From the NCBI GenBank assembly GCA_037140515.1, contig JBAXEI010000004.1:8453-72452 (forward strand): a DNA stretch of 64,000 nucleotides, read 5' to 3'. How positions within the stretch are numbered: position 1 is the first letter of the stretch; the number at the start of each line of letters is the position of its first letter. The notes beneath the pieces were generated by a model, which was not told the DNA's origin, made no database searches, and saw only the letters and a list, made by a program, of their open reading frames with translations. Both the position numbers and the translations under genes were made by a program. This DNA is from Candidatus Berkelbacteria bacterium. Lineage in GTDB: Bacteria > Patescibacteriota > UBA1384 > XYA2-FULL-43-10 > 1-14-0-10-43-13. Below, in pieces: positions 21,414 to 31,043 of the stretch.

Positions 21414-21599
21414 TTATTTTACGGTGCTTCCAGTAGTGACTTGATTCAGCTCATTTACCTGCTTGCCTAGATCATTTACCTGCTTTTCGAGATCCTTTGT
21501 GAGTCGGCCAGAATATTGGTTCATCAAATATTGAGTCCCAAAGCCAAAAACAGCCGCCGTGATAGCGATGGTAATCAAAATTATTACAGTAGATCTCAT
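21414..21599 (-). CDS. Small TM plus coiled-coil protein (61 aa), N-terminal paralogue of the neighbouring gene
   Basis: The sequence is MRSTVIILITIAITAAVFGFGTQYL followed by KDLEKQVNDLGKQVNELNQ. Confidence 0.3.
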   Translation of the reverse strand: MRSTVIILITIAITAAVFGFGTQYLMNQYSGRLTKDLEKQVNDLGKQVNELNQVTTGSTVK

Positions 21600-21668
21600 T
21601 TTCCCTCCTAGCTAATAACAGACAATATATTAATTATACACGAAAATAGATATGCGAAATATACAAAA

Positions 21669-22250
21669 TTATTTTGCCAAGTTTTTGAGGCAACACTTCA
21701 TCTTGTCTTCGAGAGTTTCGGCAGTAGACGGGATTTTGCCAATCACAGACATGATTTCTGCCTGTTTGTAGCCAAGAGATTGTAGCGCTTCAGTCAGGTC
21801 TTCGCTTGCCGAGTCGCCAGAAAGAATATTGACGCTTCTATCTCCAGAAAGCTTAGATTTGAGATCAAGAATTATCTTGGCAGCTGCTTTCTTGCCGATG
21901 CCAGAGATCGCGGTAAAGAAACCGAGATTGTCAGAGATGATCGCGCGCACGATCTCATCTGCCTTGCCTGAGCTCATGATCGCCATTCCCGCCTTCGGGC
22001 CGACACCATTTACCGAGATCAATCTTTCGAAAAGCTCCAGCTCTTCATAGGAAATAAAGCCATAAAGATCATCGGCATCTTCGCGGATATGTTCGTGAAC
22101 AAAAAGCTCGATCGGCTCCTGCAGATCGACAATGTTTGGCTTGATCTCAATCTGTGGGCTGACGATCACCTTGTGACCGACGCCGCCAGTCTCAACGATC
22201 AAGACGCCCCATCGAGCCAAAACAACTTTTCCTTTTAGATATGAAATCAT
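21669..22250 (-). CDS. ruvA: Holliday junction DNA helicase RuvA
   Basis: The N-terminus reads MISYLKGKV. The helix-hairpin-helix region reads LISVNGVGPKAGMAIMS. The protein is 193 aa. Confidence 0.85.
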   Translation of the reverse strand: MISYLKGKVVLARWGVLIVETGGVGHKVIVSPQIEIKPNIVDLQEPIELFVHEHIREDADDLYGFISYEELELFERLISVNGVGPKAGMAIMSSGKADEIVRAIISDNLGFFTAISGIGKKAAAKIILDLKSKLSGDRSVNILSGDSASEDLTEALQSLGYKQAEIMSVIGKIPSTAETLEDKMKCCLKNLAK

Positions 22251-22258
22251 TGAAATTA

Positions 22259-23194
22259 TTAAAGTTTAATTTTTTCTAGCTCAGCGAGACAGGCTTCTAG
22301 TAAGTGCGAAATTTCATCTTTTGTCATATGACCGCTACGATATATTTCTGATTTATCATTCTTGATCATGATATTTAGATTACAGATAGTGTCTGCCAAA
22401 TAGTAGAAGACGTAAAAATGGAAAAATGGCAATTCTTTAGCAGCTATATTAAGTTTTTCAACGAATCTCTTCTGCCATTCGGGATAAAGAATACTGCACA
22501 CATACACGTCTGCAAAGTCACGCCAACGGCTGTCGTAGCAAGAAAGTTCCCAATCAATGATGCCAGTGACTTTGTCATCCTGATAAATAATATTGCCCGG
22601 ATTCATATCAGCATGAGAAAGTCCGATATTTTCTTTCAAATAGCCTTCCAGATTGCTGTTCGCAAAGCTCTTCCATTTATCTAGTACAGTAAAATCATTG
22701 TTTGGCCACTCTGCTTTGAAATGATCATATCTTTTGTTATAAAAATCAAAGGCTTTGTAGGGGCGCTCTGTAAGGCTCGGCTTTGCCGCAAAGAATGCGT
22801 CAAAAATCGGAACTAACTTGGCAGGATCAATTTTGTCTATAAAATCCTGAGTGAACTTAAAGGAAGTACCTGCCTTATCGCCAGGGACAAGAGTTTGAAT
22901 AATCCAAAGTTTCTCTGCGCTACAGTCCAGCACTCGAGGCTGATGAGATGACCCAACGGACTCTAGAGCTCTCAGGATTGATATCTCGTTAGCAAAGTTT
23001 ATGTAGTCTCCTGGATTGACCTTCAGCACATATCGTACCGTAATGTCTTGTCCGCCTAGCTTACCTCGGATAACTGCCCGATGGTATTTTTGTTCGGCCT
23101 GTTTTCGAACGTCAAGAATATCGTATCCACTTAGATCTTTTCTTGATTTCAAAAAATTCTCTACTTCTGCTATCTTTTCAGACAACTCATCCAT
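22259..23194 (-). CDS. APH-fold (aminoglycoside/choline/sugar kinase-like) phosphotransferase
   Basis: The catalytic region reads HADMNPGNIIYQDDKVTGIIDWELSCYDSRWRDFADV, with the HxDxxxxN and DWE motifs. The substrate is unknown. Confidence 0.6.
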   Translation of the reverse strand: MDELSEKIAEVENFLKSRKDLSGYDILDVRKQAEQKYHRAVIRGKLGGQDITVRYVLKVNPGDYINFANEISILRALESVGSSHQPRVLDCSAEKLWIIQTLVPGDKAGTSFKFTQDFIDKIDPAKLVPIFDAFFAAKPSLTERPYKAFDFYNKRYDHFKAEWPNNDFTVLDKWKSFANSNLEGYLKENIGLSHADMNPGNIIYQDDKVTGIIDWELSCYDSRWRDFADVYVCSILYPEWQKRFVEKLNIAAKELPFFHFYVFYYLADTICNLNIMIKNDKSEIYRSGHMTKDEISHLLEACLAELEKIKL

Positions 23195-23220
23195 TGTAAC
23201 CCCAAGATTATATTTAATAA

Positions 23221-24144
23221 TTATCTACTAATTACCTTTGCTACTTCCGCAAAACCAGCTTGACCAACTTTTTCAATGTTACGAATATTTGAAGGCAATA
23301 CTTCGGGAACTTTTGTCGAGCCACTCAGCAGAAAACCCTTGTCACATACCTGCAAAAAACTGACATCGTTTGGAGCATCGCCGACACCGTATGTAATTAT
23401 TCCGGGTGCAATTTGCTTTACGATATTAATAAATAATTTTACTGCCGATCCCTTGTCCTGCTTGATTGAGATATGAGCGAAACGACCACCACGATGATAG
23501 TGAAGACCGTGATCAGTGATTATCTGCTTCGCAAAATCATAGTCTGCATCCAGACCGTTTTCGATATAAAATGGCTCGTCGCAATCTCGTTTTTTTGACA
23601 GCGCAGCCTGCTCAAGAGTCAGACCTGTCAGCTCGGATAGTGCTTGATCGGAAAAATCTCCAAAGCCATAAACTATCTTTCCTATCCTTGGTTCAACCTC
23701 TTTTTTTAAAACACTTCGGAGGCTAGAATAGTCAGCACGGCCAAAGCTCAGGATAATGTAGCCTAAATAGTCTTTTCTCGAGACCTCATCATATTTGTCT
23801 AGATCTACCTGATCAGCAACCTCCTCTGACAAATATATTGCAGCACCATTCTCAACAATAAATGATAATTTTCTTTTCAAACCCTTTTCTTTGAGAGCAG
23901 AAAAAAGGGCAAAAACCTCTGCTGCTGTCTTGCTTGTTACAAAAACCACTTCGTTGCCTTGCTCAAGAAAGGTGTTCAGAGCTTCATATGATCTCTCAAA
24001 CGAGTAATCATGATGGTCAAGAAAGGTCCCATCTAGGTCGCTAAAAAGTATTTTCGAAGTTAAATTATTCATGCAACTTCGCCTTATCAATCGGCCAGCG
24101 GGGCTTACGATCAGCAAATTTCTCCCGATATTCTGCAACTTCAT
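23221..24144 (-). CDS. HAD-IIB phosphatase, mannosyl/glucosyl-3-phosphoglycerate phosphatase-like
   Basis: The N-terminus reads ILFSDLDGTFLDHHDYSFE, as in MPGP-type HAD enzymes. A C-terminal GVGDAPNDVSFL motif is present. The gene overlaps the upstream GT gene by about 80 nt. Confidence 0.65.
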   Translation of the reverse strand: MKLQNIGRNLLIVSPAGRLIRRSCMNNLTSKILFSDLDGTFLDHHDYSFERSYEALNTFLEQGNEVVFVTSKTAAEVFALFSALKEKGLKRKLSFIVENGAAIYLSEEVADQVDLDKYDEVSRKDYLGYIILSFGRADYSSLRSVLKKEVEPRIGKIVYGFGDFSDQALSELTGLTLEQAALSKKRDCDEPFYIENGLDADYDFAKQIITDHGLHYHRGGRFAHISIKQDKGSAVKLFINIVKQIAPGIITYGVGDAPNDVSFLQVCDKGFLLSGSTKVPEVLPSNIRNIEKVGQAGFAEVAKVISR

Positions 24145-26254
24145 TGATCGCAGGTAGCTGAGATTCTAGGATTTTGATACTTTTGAAAGTATAGATATCA
24201 TCCTCAGACACAGGCTCATCAAGCAAACGCACCTTACCATGTATGTGAAGGCGATTGAAAACAGCTTGCATGATACCAAAGGATAGCTTACTCAAGCTCG
24301 CAAGCGACTGATTTCGATGAACACGAATCTTCAGATCAGACTGAGCAATGATGTCCAAACCATATTTTGTATAAATATCGATCATCATACATGTTTCAAG
24401 CGCATAATTGATACAAAAAGGAATAGACTCGAGAACTTCTCGTCGACCAGCGTACTCCCCTGAAAGCGGCTGAATAAGTTTGGATAGCTCAGGATAGAAA
24501 GTATTCAGAAGTGGTCTAACAGTAAGCTCAGTGACACGTCCCCCACCGCTGCTGTTCAGACTATCACCAAGTTGTAGAGGTCTTCGGTAGAAACCCTTCA
24601 CAAAGCCAATCTCATCGTTCGTGAGAAGCGGACCGAGCAAGCCATAGATAAATCTCGGATCGAAATTTCGAATGTCTGTATCAACCCAACAAATAATATC
24701 CGATTTGACGATAAAGAGACTTTTCCAAAGGTTATCGCCCTTACCCCAACCACCAGCGCTCCTATCTGTCGAGATAGGCACGTCCTTTGTTTGATATATT
24801 GGGACTCCAAGTTTTTCTACGATATCAATCGTACCATCAGTAGAACCGCTATCAATAACGATAAACTCGTCAATCAATTTATTTTTTGTAATAAAATTTT
24901 CCTTGATCATTTCGACAATGTAGCCGATGGTTTCAGCTTCATTTTTTGTTGGGAGAGCTACAGCAATCGTTAGCTTCTTCTGCTCTTTCAATTTAACAAG
25001 CTTGGCAATGTGCGAAAACGTACTGTAATGGAAAGTATTTCGCTTGAACCAGTCAAGATTAGATTCTTTGATACGAAGCCATCTCTTTAGCATATATGGC
25101 AGCTGAACTCGGAACTCTGCTGCGATTTTCTGCGTATGTTCCTCTGCTTGTGCGGAAGTCATATCTTTCACCTCCAGAGAATACCCGGCGACTCGACCAT
25201 AATAGAGAACAGTGAATACACTCATCAGCTCATCTTTGCTGATTGGACTTTGATTATATTTCACTGCGAAATCAAAAACCATTTTCACCCAAAATTTGAT
25301 CGGAAATGCAAACGTTGCAGGCTTCTGATTTGCGATTCGGTACAGCTCCTCAAAGTCCTCTTTCAACAACAAATCAAGATAAACCTTCCGATATCTTTTG
25401 ATACCCCGACGAAATTCATGAATAAGGTTGTTCGTATTTATTTTTATCGGAGGGACATCAAGTGTAATGGGCATATTGACGATTGGTACTGGATGGATTC
25501 TTTTTCCCTTTTTCCAGACATCCTGATATTGCCCAACAAGTTCAAAAACAACACTAGCAACCTGAGAAAGCATCGGCCCTAGGCCTCTAGGATCCTTCGG
25601 GTCATGAATTTTTGCTCCAAGATTTGCTTGGCCAATCTTGAACCCCTCACAAATCGCCGTTGTGGTTAAGAAAATATCGATTCCGTACTTCGCCACATTT
25701 GTTTCCCAAACATCTTTTGCCAAAATCGTTTCAGCGTATCGGAGAGAAAATGCAAAATCGCCACCAATTGGCTGGTGTATGTCCCCACCAAAAAGAGAAT
25801 TTGTCATTGGGTAAACTAAATTTCTGGTAATAGTACCATCGTATTTATCACGAAGATAGTTTGGGGAAATATAGTGATACTCCTCATGAACAACAGGGTC
25901 CAACAAGTATTTTGCCCATTCTGGCGTAACACTTCTGATATCGGCGTCAATGATCATGCCAGCGCCCGCTTGTTCAGCAACAATCTGCTTCAATATTTCT
26001 CTTATCGCATCCCCTTTGCCAGAAATGACAACATGCTCGATAGAGATTTTATCAACATTCGCTGGCGTTTCGACAGCGTTAAAGTTTTTGACAGTGTCGT
26101 CTATCGAACCTCCATCAGAATTCGCAATTGCACAATTCAGGTCGGGGAAATATTTCCCAAGCCCTTGTGCGATTTGGTCAACAACAAATCCGATAGTTTT
26201 AGCGTTATTATAGCTAGGAATTCCTATCAAGATGTCATATTTTTTGCTTTGCAT
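24065..26254 (-). CDS. Two-domain glycosyltransferase; C-terminal half GT81-like (glucosyl/mannosyl-3-phosphoglycerate synthase-like), N-terminal half a second GT-A domain
   Basis: Domain 1 reads ILIGIPSYNNAKTIGFVVDQ...IIDADIRS. Domain 2 reads IAVALPTKNEAETIGYIVE...IVIDSGSTDGT...CWVDTDIRNF...VKGFYRRPL...GGGRVTELTVRPLL...QPLSGEYAGRRE. This second domain is strongly reminiscent of GpgS/MpgS-type GT81 enzymes. Confidence 0.6.
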   Translation of the reverse strand: MQSKKYDILIGIPSYNNAKTIGFVVDQIAQGLGKYFPDLNCAIANSDGGSIDDTVKNFNAVETPANVDKISIEHVVISGKGDAIREILKQIVAEQAGAGMIIDADIRSVTPEWAKYLLDPVVHEEYHYISPNYLRDKYDGTITRNLVYPMTNSLFGGDIHQPIGGDFAFSLRYAETILAKDVWETNVAKYGIDIFLTTTAICEGFKIGQANLGAKIHDPKDPRGLGPMLSQVASVVFELVGQYQDVWKKGKRIHPVPIVNMPITLDVPPIKINTNNLIHEFRRGIKRYRKVYLDLLLKEDFEELYRIANQKPATFAFPIKFWVKMVFDFAVKYNQSPISKDELMSVFTVLYYGRVAGYSLEVKDMTSAQAEEHTQKIAAEFRVQLPYMLKRWLRIKESNLDWFKRNTFHYSTFSHIAKLVKLKEQKKLTIAVALPTKNEAETIGYIVEMIKENFITKNKLIDEFIVIDSGSTDGTIDIVEKLGVPIYQTKDVPISTDRSAGGWGKGDNLWKSLFIVKSDIICWVDTDIRNFDPRFIYGLLGPLLTNDEIGFVKGFYRRPLQLGDSLNSSGGGRVTELTVRPLLNTFYPELSKLIQPLSGEYAGRREVLESIPFCINYALETCMMIDIYTKYGLDIIAQSDLKIRVHRNQSLASLSKLSFGIMQAVFNRLHIHGKVRLLDEPVSEDDIYTFKSIKILESQLPAINEVAEYREKFADRKPRWPIDKAKLHE

Positions 26255-26274
26255 TTGTTGCCTTGTTTTCTATA

Positions 26275-27303
26275 TTAAACTATCATTTCATAATACAATT
26301 TTTCATAGCCGTCAATCATTTTGTCTAGGCTGAAATTATTATCCACCCAAACTCTGCACTCACGTCTAGAAATCTTATCGATATCCTTCAGGCGAAGTGC
26401 AGCTTCCTGCCAGTCTTTTACAACATAGCCGCTCACACCGTCGCTGACAACCTCCGGCATAGCACCTCGTCTTGTAGTGATAACTGGCGTGCCGCAGGCC
26501 ATGGCCTCAACAGGCACCAAGCCATATGGCTCATCCCAATTTATCAAATTGAGCAGAGCCTTTGCATCTCCTAGAAGCTTTGATTTTGCCTGATCATCAA
26601 CTTCACCAATAAACTTCACTTTTTCACCATCAATTAAAGGTTTGATTTGCTGCTGATAATACTCCTCGTCTTCCTTGTTTATTTTTCCAGCAAGGATTAT
26701 ATTTTCACCAGCTTCTTTCGCTGCAAGAATGGACTCTTTGGTGCCTTTGATATAAGAAATTCTGCCGAGCCAGACAACATAATCAGATTTTGGCTTCTCA
26801 TTGCAATAATACAATGAAGTATCTACGCCATTGTGTATTACCGTTGCATTTGCCATGTTTGAAACTTGCTTCTGATTTTCAGATATAGCAACGTATTCCA
26901 CGTTATTACACAGATCAAAAAGCTCCTTCATTTCTTTTGCAACCTCCAAATGGAGAGTATGAACCATCGGCGTTTTGATAACTTGACTCAGGATCAGAGG
27001 CTCATAAAAAGTATGATCATGTATTACGTCAAAATCTCCGTGCATGTCGAGAAGTTTTTTGAGCATCAGATAATTATATGCCTGCGGTCTCTTGACCGTA
27101 GTATCGCGGAATAGCGCAACTGGGCAAACCGAAACCAAAGGAAATTCCTTTGTGGAGTCGCCTGATGCGAATAAAGTAACTTCGTGACCACGCTTCGAAA
27201 GACCTTCGAGCAAATTATAAACAATTCTTTCAATTCCACCGTATAGTTTCGGTGGAACTGATTCCCAAAGTGGTGCGTATTGGGCTATCCTAAGCTTTTT
27301 CAT
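26275..27303 (-). CDS. GT4 family glycosyltransferase (GT-B, glycos_transf_1)
   Basis: The C-terminal motif reads EPYGLVPVEAMACGTPVITTRRGAMPEVVSDG. The gene is a paralogue of the adjacent gene. Confidence 0.8.
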   Translation of the reverse strand: MKKLRIAQYAPLWESVPPKLYGGIERIVYNLLEGLSKRGHEVTLFASGDSTKEFPLVSVCPVALFRDTTVKRPQAYNYLMLKKLLDMHGDFDVIHDHTFYEPLILSQVIKTPMVHTLHLEVAKEMKELFDLCNNVEYVAISENQKQVSNMANATVIHNGVDTSLYYCNEKPKSDYVVWLGRISYIKGTKESILAAKEAGENIILAGKINKEDEEYYQQQIKPLIDGEKVKFIGEVDDQAKSKLLGDAKALLNLINWDEPYGLVPVEAMACGTPVITTRRGAMPEVVSDGVSGYVVKDWQEAALRLKDIDKISRRECRVWVDNNFSLDKMIDGYEKLYYEMIV

Positions 27304-28327
27304 TTTTTATACCTGCCATTTTTTTATAAACTGCTTCATAATTATCCACCATTTTCTCAATGGAAAATTTCTCTTCAACAAATTTGCGACATTTGGCTCG
27401 ATCAATTTGGCTGATTTTTCCAACCGCTTCGATCGCACTTTCAGGCGAACCATCAGTAATGAAACCGTTTAAGCCATCCTCTACTAGCTCAGGGAAGGCG
27501 CCACGTGGATTTACGATCACAGGTGTACCACAAGCATTTGCCTCTGGTACCACTAAGCCAAAAGGCTCATCCCAATTAATCAAAGAGACGAGAGCTTTTG
27601 CATTTTTCAATAGCTCAACCTTCTGTTTGAAATCTACCTCGCCAATATAAACTATTTTCTCATTATCGATTTTTGGCTCAACGTATTTTTTGAAATATTC
27701 TTCGTCCTCGATTTTCGCGGCCATGACCAACTTTTCGCCAGTCGCAAGAGCAAGGTCAATCGCCTCTCTCGCACCTTTGATATTATCAAAACGGCCGAGA
27801 AAGCAAAGATATTCCCCAGACTCGCTCGAGAATTCATAATCATTTACTGGAACACCGTTGTAAACGGTATCTATATAGTTGAGATCAGGATAATCTTTAC
27901 GTTGATTGTCAGAAATCGATGCAAGATAAAAATTATCTTTTACCTGCTCATAAAGCTTAGCACGACACCTTGTAACTGGCGTGTGTAAAGTGGTCAAAAC
28001 TGGAGTCGAAGTCAATCGCGAGAGGACAGTCCCATAGGGCCCCAAGTGTTCATGGATGACGTCATACTTCTTCCCACTATCGACTAGCTGATAGAGCATC
28101 GAGAGACAACACGAAGGTATATCTTTAAAATCCTGCGTATTCCACAGACCGGTAGGAACAACTCCGACTAAATTCGCTGATGTTTTGGAGTCACCAGTCG
28201 CATACAAATCGACTTCGTGCCCACGCTTCACCAGCTCTTCTGTCAAGTAGTACACAACGAATTCGCTTCCACCATATTTATCCGGCGGAATTTTGATTGC
28301 GATTGGAGCAACTATAGCAATTTTCAT
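27290..28327 (-). CDS. GT4 family glycosyltransferase (second paralogue)
   Basis: The C-terminal motif reads EPFGLVVPEANACGTPVIVNPRGAFPELVEDG. The N-terminus is similar to that of the previous gene. Confidence 0.8.
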   Translation of the reverse strand: MKIAIVAPIAIKIPPDKYGGSEFVVYYLTEELVKRGHEVDLYATGDSKTSANLVGVVPTGLWNTQDFKDIPSCCLSMLYQLVDSGKKYDVIHEHLGPYGTVLSRLTSTPVLTTLHTPVTRCRAKLYEQVKDNFYLASISDNQRKDYPDLNYIDTVYNGVPVNDYEFSSESGEYLCFLGRFDNIKGAREAIDLALATGEKLVMAAKIEDEEYFKKYVEPKIDNEKIVYIGEVDFKQKVELLKNAKALVSLINWDEPFGLVVPEANACGTPVIVNPRGAFPELVEDGLNGFITDGSPESAIEAVGKISQIDRAKCRKFVEEKFSIEKMVDNYEAVYKKMAGIKNEKA

Positions 28328-28355
28328 TTTTTGTTCTCCTATTAGGAATCATCTA

Positions 28356-29423
28356 CTACTCTTTGTTCAACTTTTTTAAATCTTGGTATATAGCCTCTTC
28401 ACCACAGCTATAGTGTTCTTTCTGACTTTTGATCATTTCTGCTCTTTTCTCTTCATCGTAGAGCAAGGACTCGATAGTCTTATACATCAGATTCACGTCA
28501 TCATCATAGAAATGCATCTTGCAAAGGCCAGCCTTCACAAAAGGCTGAATCTCCCACGAATGTGCATGAATTTTCTCTTCTGGAGCAGGTGTAGCTACGT
28601 TTGCTACAACAGGAATTCCAGCAGAGATACATTGTTCAAGCGTTCCTAATCCTTGATGCTGAAAAACCATATCAGAAGCAGCCAATAATTGATAGAACAC
28701 ATCACTATTTGTTTTGATTTTTAGATGCTGAATCCAAGGTTTCTCTGGCTCCTCGCCGCTCAGGAATAAAACTTTTACCTTATCGCCATGTCGCAGATAA
28801 ACTTCATCCATAACCGCGATATACTTATCATAGAAATCTTTGCGCAGAGTAACCCCACTACCAATATATGAAAAAATGAGCTTTTGATCTTCAGTAAGGC
28901 CAATTTCTTTACGAAGATTTAAGAGCACGGCTTCTTCTGGCTTCTTGTATGAAGGAACCAGGCCAATCGGCAAAATCTTTTTTGAAACCTCTTCAGGAAT
29001 GGTATAGTTCCCGCCATTTTCAACAAGACCATTTTTGTATACATCAAGCGGAAAATTCAAATATATCTTGTCTATCCACTGTATATATGGAAACCTATCC
29101 GGCTGATTGAACAACCAATTAGAGTCAAGAGAAACGACATAAGGCTTGTTTTGAGGGGCTTCGGTGCGAAATTTCTCATCTTTAAACATCGCCTTGGAAT
29201 TACACAAAATCACTACGTCAAAACCTCCCTCTGAAATAATTGATTTCACCTCATCGCCATTGTTTGTCACCCAAAACGGGCAAGAAAGATTATTGATGAA
29301 ATGTCGATTCTCTTCTAGCAGAAGAATGAAGGAAACATCTTCTTTCTTTTCCAATAAATGTTTTCCTATTGCGGCGCCTTGAGATGTCTCGCCAGGGCCC
29401 ATAGTGATGATCAAAAATTTCAT
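28356..29423 (-). CDS. GT-B fold glycosyltransferase (GT1/GT28-like)
   Basis: The ORF is 355 aa with an N-terminal Gly-rich loop (IITMGPGETSQGAAIG) and a C-terminal nucleotide-sugar binding-like region (HQGLGTLEQCISAGIPVV). The family assignment is uncertain. Confidence 0.45.
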   Translation of the reverse strand: MKFLIITMGPGETSQGAAIGKHLLEKKEDVSFILLLEENRHFINNLSCPFWVTNNGDEVKSIISEGGFDVVILCNSKAMFKDEKFRTEAPQNKPYVVSLDSNWLFNQPDRFPYIQWIDKIYLNFPLDVYKNGLVENGGNYTIPEEVSKKILPIGLVPSYKKPEEAVLLNLRKEIGLTEDQKLIFSYIGSGVTLRKDFYDKYIAVMDEVYLRHGDKVKVLFLSGEEPEKPWIQHLKIKTNSDVFYQLLAASDMVFQHQGLGTLEQCISAGIPVVANVATPAPEEKIHAHSWEIQPFVKAGLCKMHFYDDDVNLMYKTIESLLYDEEKRAEMIKSQKEHYSCGEEAIYQDLKKLNKE

Positions 29424-29425
29424 AT

Positions 29426-30424
29426 TTAACCTTTCAAGTAATGAGTAGCCTCTTCTGGTGGCATAGTATTAATAATAACTTCGCTTCCAAGTTCAAATCC
29501 ACCATAGCGAGAAACTCGCGGAACAATTTCAAGGTGCCAGTGAAAAGAAGCCGAGGCTTCGATAATCGTTGGTAACGTATGAACAAAAAAGTTTAATGGT
29601 GGATTCTCAAGTGTCTTATCGATCATGCGCAGGACTTCCCAAAGCGCGTCCGAAAATTCCGTCATACTTTCTCTGGTTGTCAACTCAAACTGGCTCTCAT
29701 GTTTTTTCGGCAGAATCCACGTTTCGAAGGGGAATCTAGATGCATAAAAATTTATAGCAATAAATTTGTCATTTTCAAATACTATTCTAACCTTTTCCAT
29801 CTGTTCGTGCGCAATCATATCGCAATACACACAGTTACCCGCGACGCCGTAGTAAGTATCCGCGCCCTCAATCTCGCGTCCGACAGTATTAGAAACAATA
29901 CCAGAGGCAAAAATCTGAGCATGAGGGTGGTCGATAGAAGCACCCGCCTCAGCACCGTGATTGTATATTGGCATGATTGAAACTACCTTTTCGTGCTCTT
30001 TCATCCAGATATAGCGGCTGCGAATCACTTCCATCATTTCGTTCAAAATAAGTTTTGGGATCTTGAATAATGGCGTGTCGTGATCTTCCACAACAATAAC
30101 TTCATGGTCTCCGACAGAGGCTCTGGCACGATAAAAGCCACTCTCAGGATAAAAACTTCTGACGCTCTTCTCTGTGTCATCCATGACAAAAGCTGGATAT
30201 CTGTTTTCGATCACATAGACATGAGGCGCCGTATGCATACGAATTTTCTCGTTTGCTTTGTAGCCATCTGTCCCAACACAGAATGGACATTTGGATTTAT
30301 CCGCAATCTTAACACTTTTTGGAATTACGAAATCGCGAGGACGCTTTGCACGCTCAGGCGCAACGACGACCCAGTCGCCAGTGATAATATTTTGTCTTAA
30401 CTCAGGCATAACCCCTCCGTTCAA
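29426..30424 (-). CDS. galT: Galactose-1-phosphate uridylyltransferase-like HIT-family nucleotidyltransferase
   Basis: A zinc motif reads CPFCVG and the active-site HPH motif reads DHPHAQIF. The protein is 332 aa, a typical GalT length. Confidence 0.7.
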   Translation of the reverse strand: MNGGVMPELRQNIITGDWVVVAPERAKRPRDFVIPKSVKIADKSKCPFCVGTDGYKANEKIRMHTAPHVYVIENRYPAFVMDDTEKSVRSFYPESGFYRARASVGDHEVIVVEDHDTPLFKIPKLILNEMMEVIRSRYIWMKEHEKVVSIMPIYNHGAEAGASIDHPHAQIFASGIVSNTVGREIEGADTYYGVAGNCVYCDMIAHEQMEKVRIVFENDKFIAINFYASRFPFETWILPKKHESQFELTTRESMTEFSDALWEVLRMIDKTLENPPLNFFVHTLPTIIEASASFHWHLEIVPRVSRYGGFELGSEVIINTMPPEEATHYLKG

Positions 30425-30538
30425 ATTTTGTAATTTAGTAATTGCGAAATTTATTCATTTATTGATAAATTTTATAATTGCTAAATTAATTAAATAAATA
30501 TTAAAATTTCAAATTGTAAAAATAATTAAATTTCAAAA
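30425..30538. promoter_or_regulatory. Extremely AT-rich intergenic region with direct AAATTTCAAA repeats upstream of the glycosyltransferase operon
   Basis: The region is 114 bp and almost all A/T. It reads aaatttcaaattgtaaaaataattaaatttcaaaatt, and a TATAAT is present. Confidence 0.35.
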
Positions 30539-31030
30539 TTATTGTAATTTTGAATTTGTTTGTCCATGGCAGATTGCAATCGCAATCGCGTCTGCGGCGT
30601 CATCTGGCTGTGGGCATTCTTTTAGCCCACAGATCACGCGAACCATTTCCTGCATCTGTTTCTTGTCGGCACGGCCGTATCCAGTCAGCGCTTGCTTGAT
30701 CTGAAGTGGCGTGTACTCGAAGACAGGAATGTCGAATTGTAATGCCGCGACAATCGCTACGCCTCTCGCCTCAGCGACCGAAATCACTGTGGTCTGGTTC
30801 TTGAAAAAGAATAGCTCTTCAATAGCTACCTCATCTGGTTTGTTCTTCTCTATTATATCAGAAAGCGAACGAAAAATGTGAATAAGCCGATCCATCTTGG
30901 GATGGTTTGCCGGCGTCCTGACACAGCCATATTTCAGTGGCGTGACCTTCTGCCCATTTACTTCGATCAGGCCCCAGCCAAGAATGCCAGTGCCCGGATC
31001 AATTCCCAGAATTCTTCTAGCCATAAGCAT
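30539..31030 (-). CDS. ruvC: Crossover junction endodeoxyribonuclease RuvC
   Basis: The N-terminus reads ILGIDPGTGILGWGLIE. The catalytic Asp and Glu residues are in the expected positions. The protein is 163 aa. Confidence 0.85.
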   Translation of the reverse strand: MLMARRILGIDPGTGILGWGLIEVNGQKVTPLKYGCVRTPANHPKMDRLIHIFRSLSDIIEKNKPDEVAIEELFFFKNQTTVISVAEARGVAIVAALQFDIPVFEYTPLQIKQALTGYGRADKKQMQEMVRVICGLKECPQPDDAADAIAIAICHGQTNSKLQ

Positions 31031-31043
31031 TAACTCCGATAAT

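Noticed and set aside
30425-30538. AT-rich region with short direct repeats considered as a CRISPR leader or array
   Set aside because: The repeats are about 10 bp A/T motifs without regular spacer units. There is no cas gene in the window. It is better explained as a promoter or UP region.
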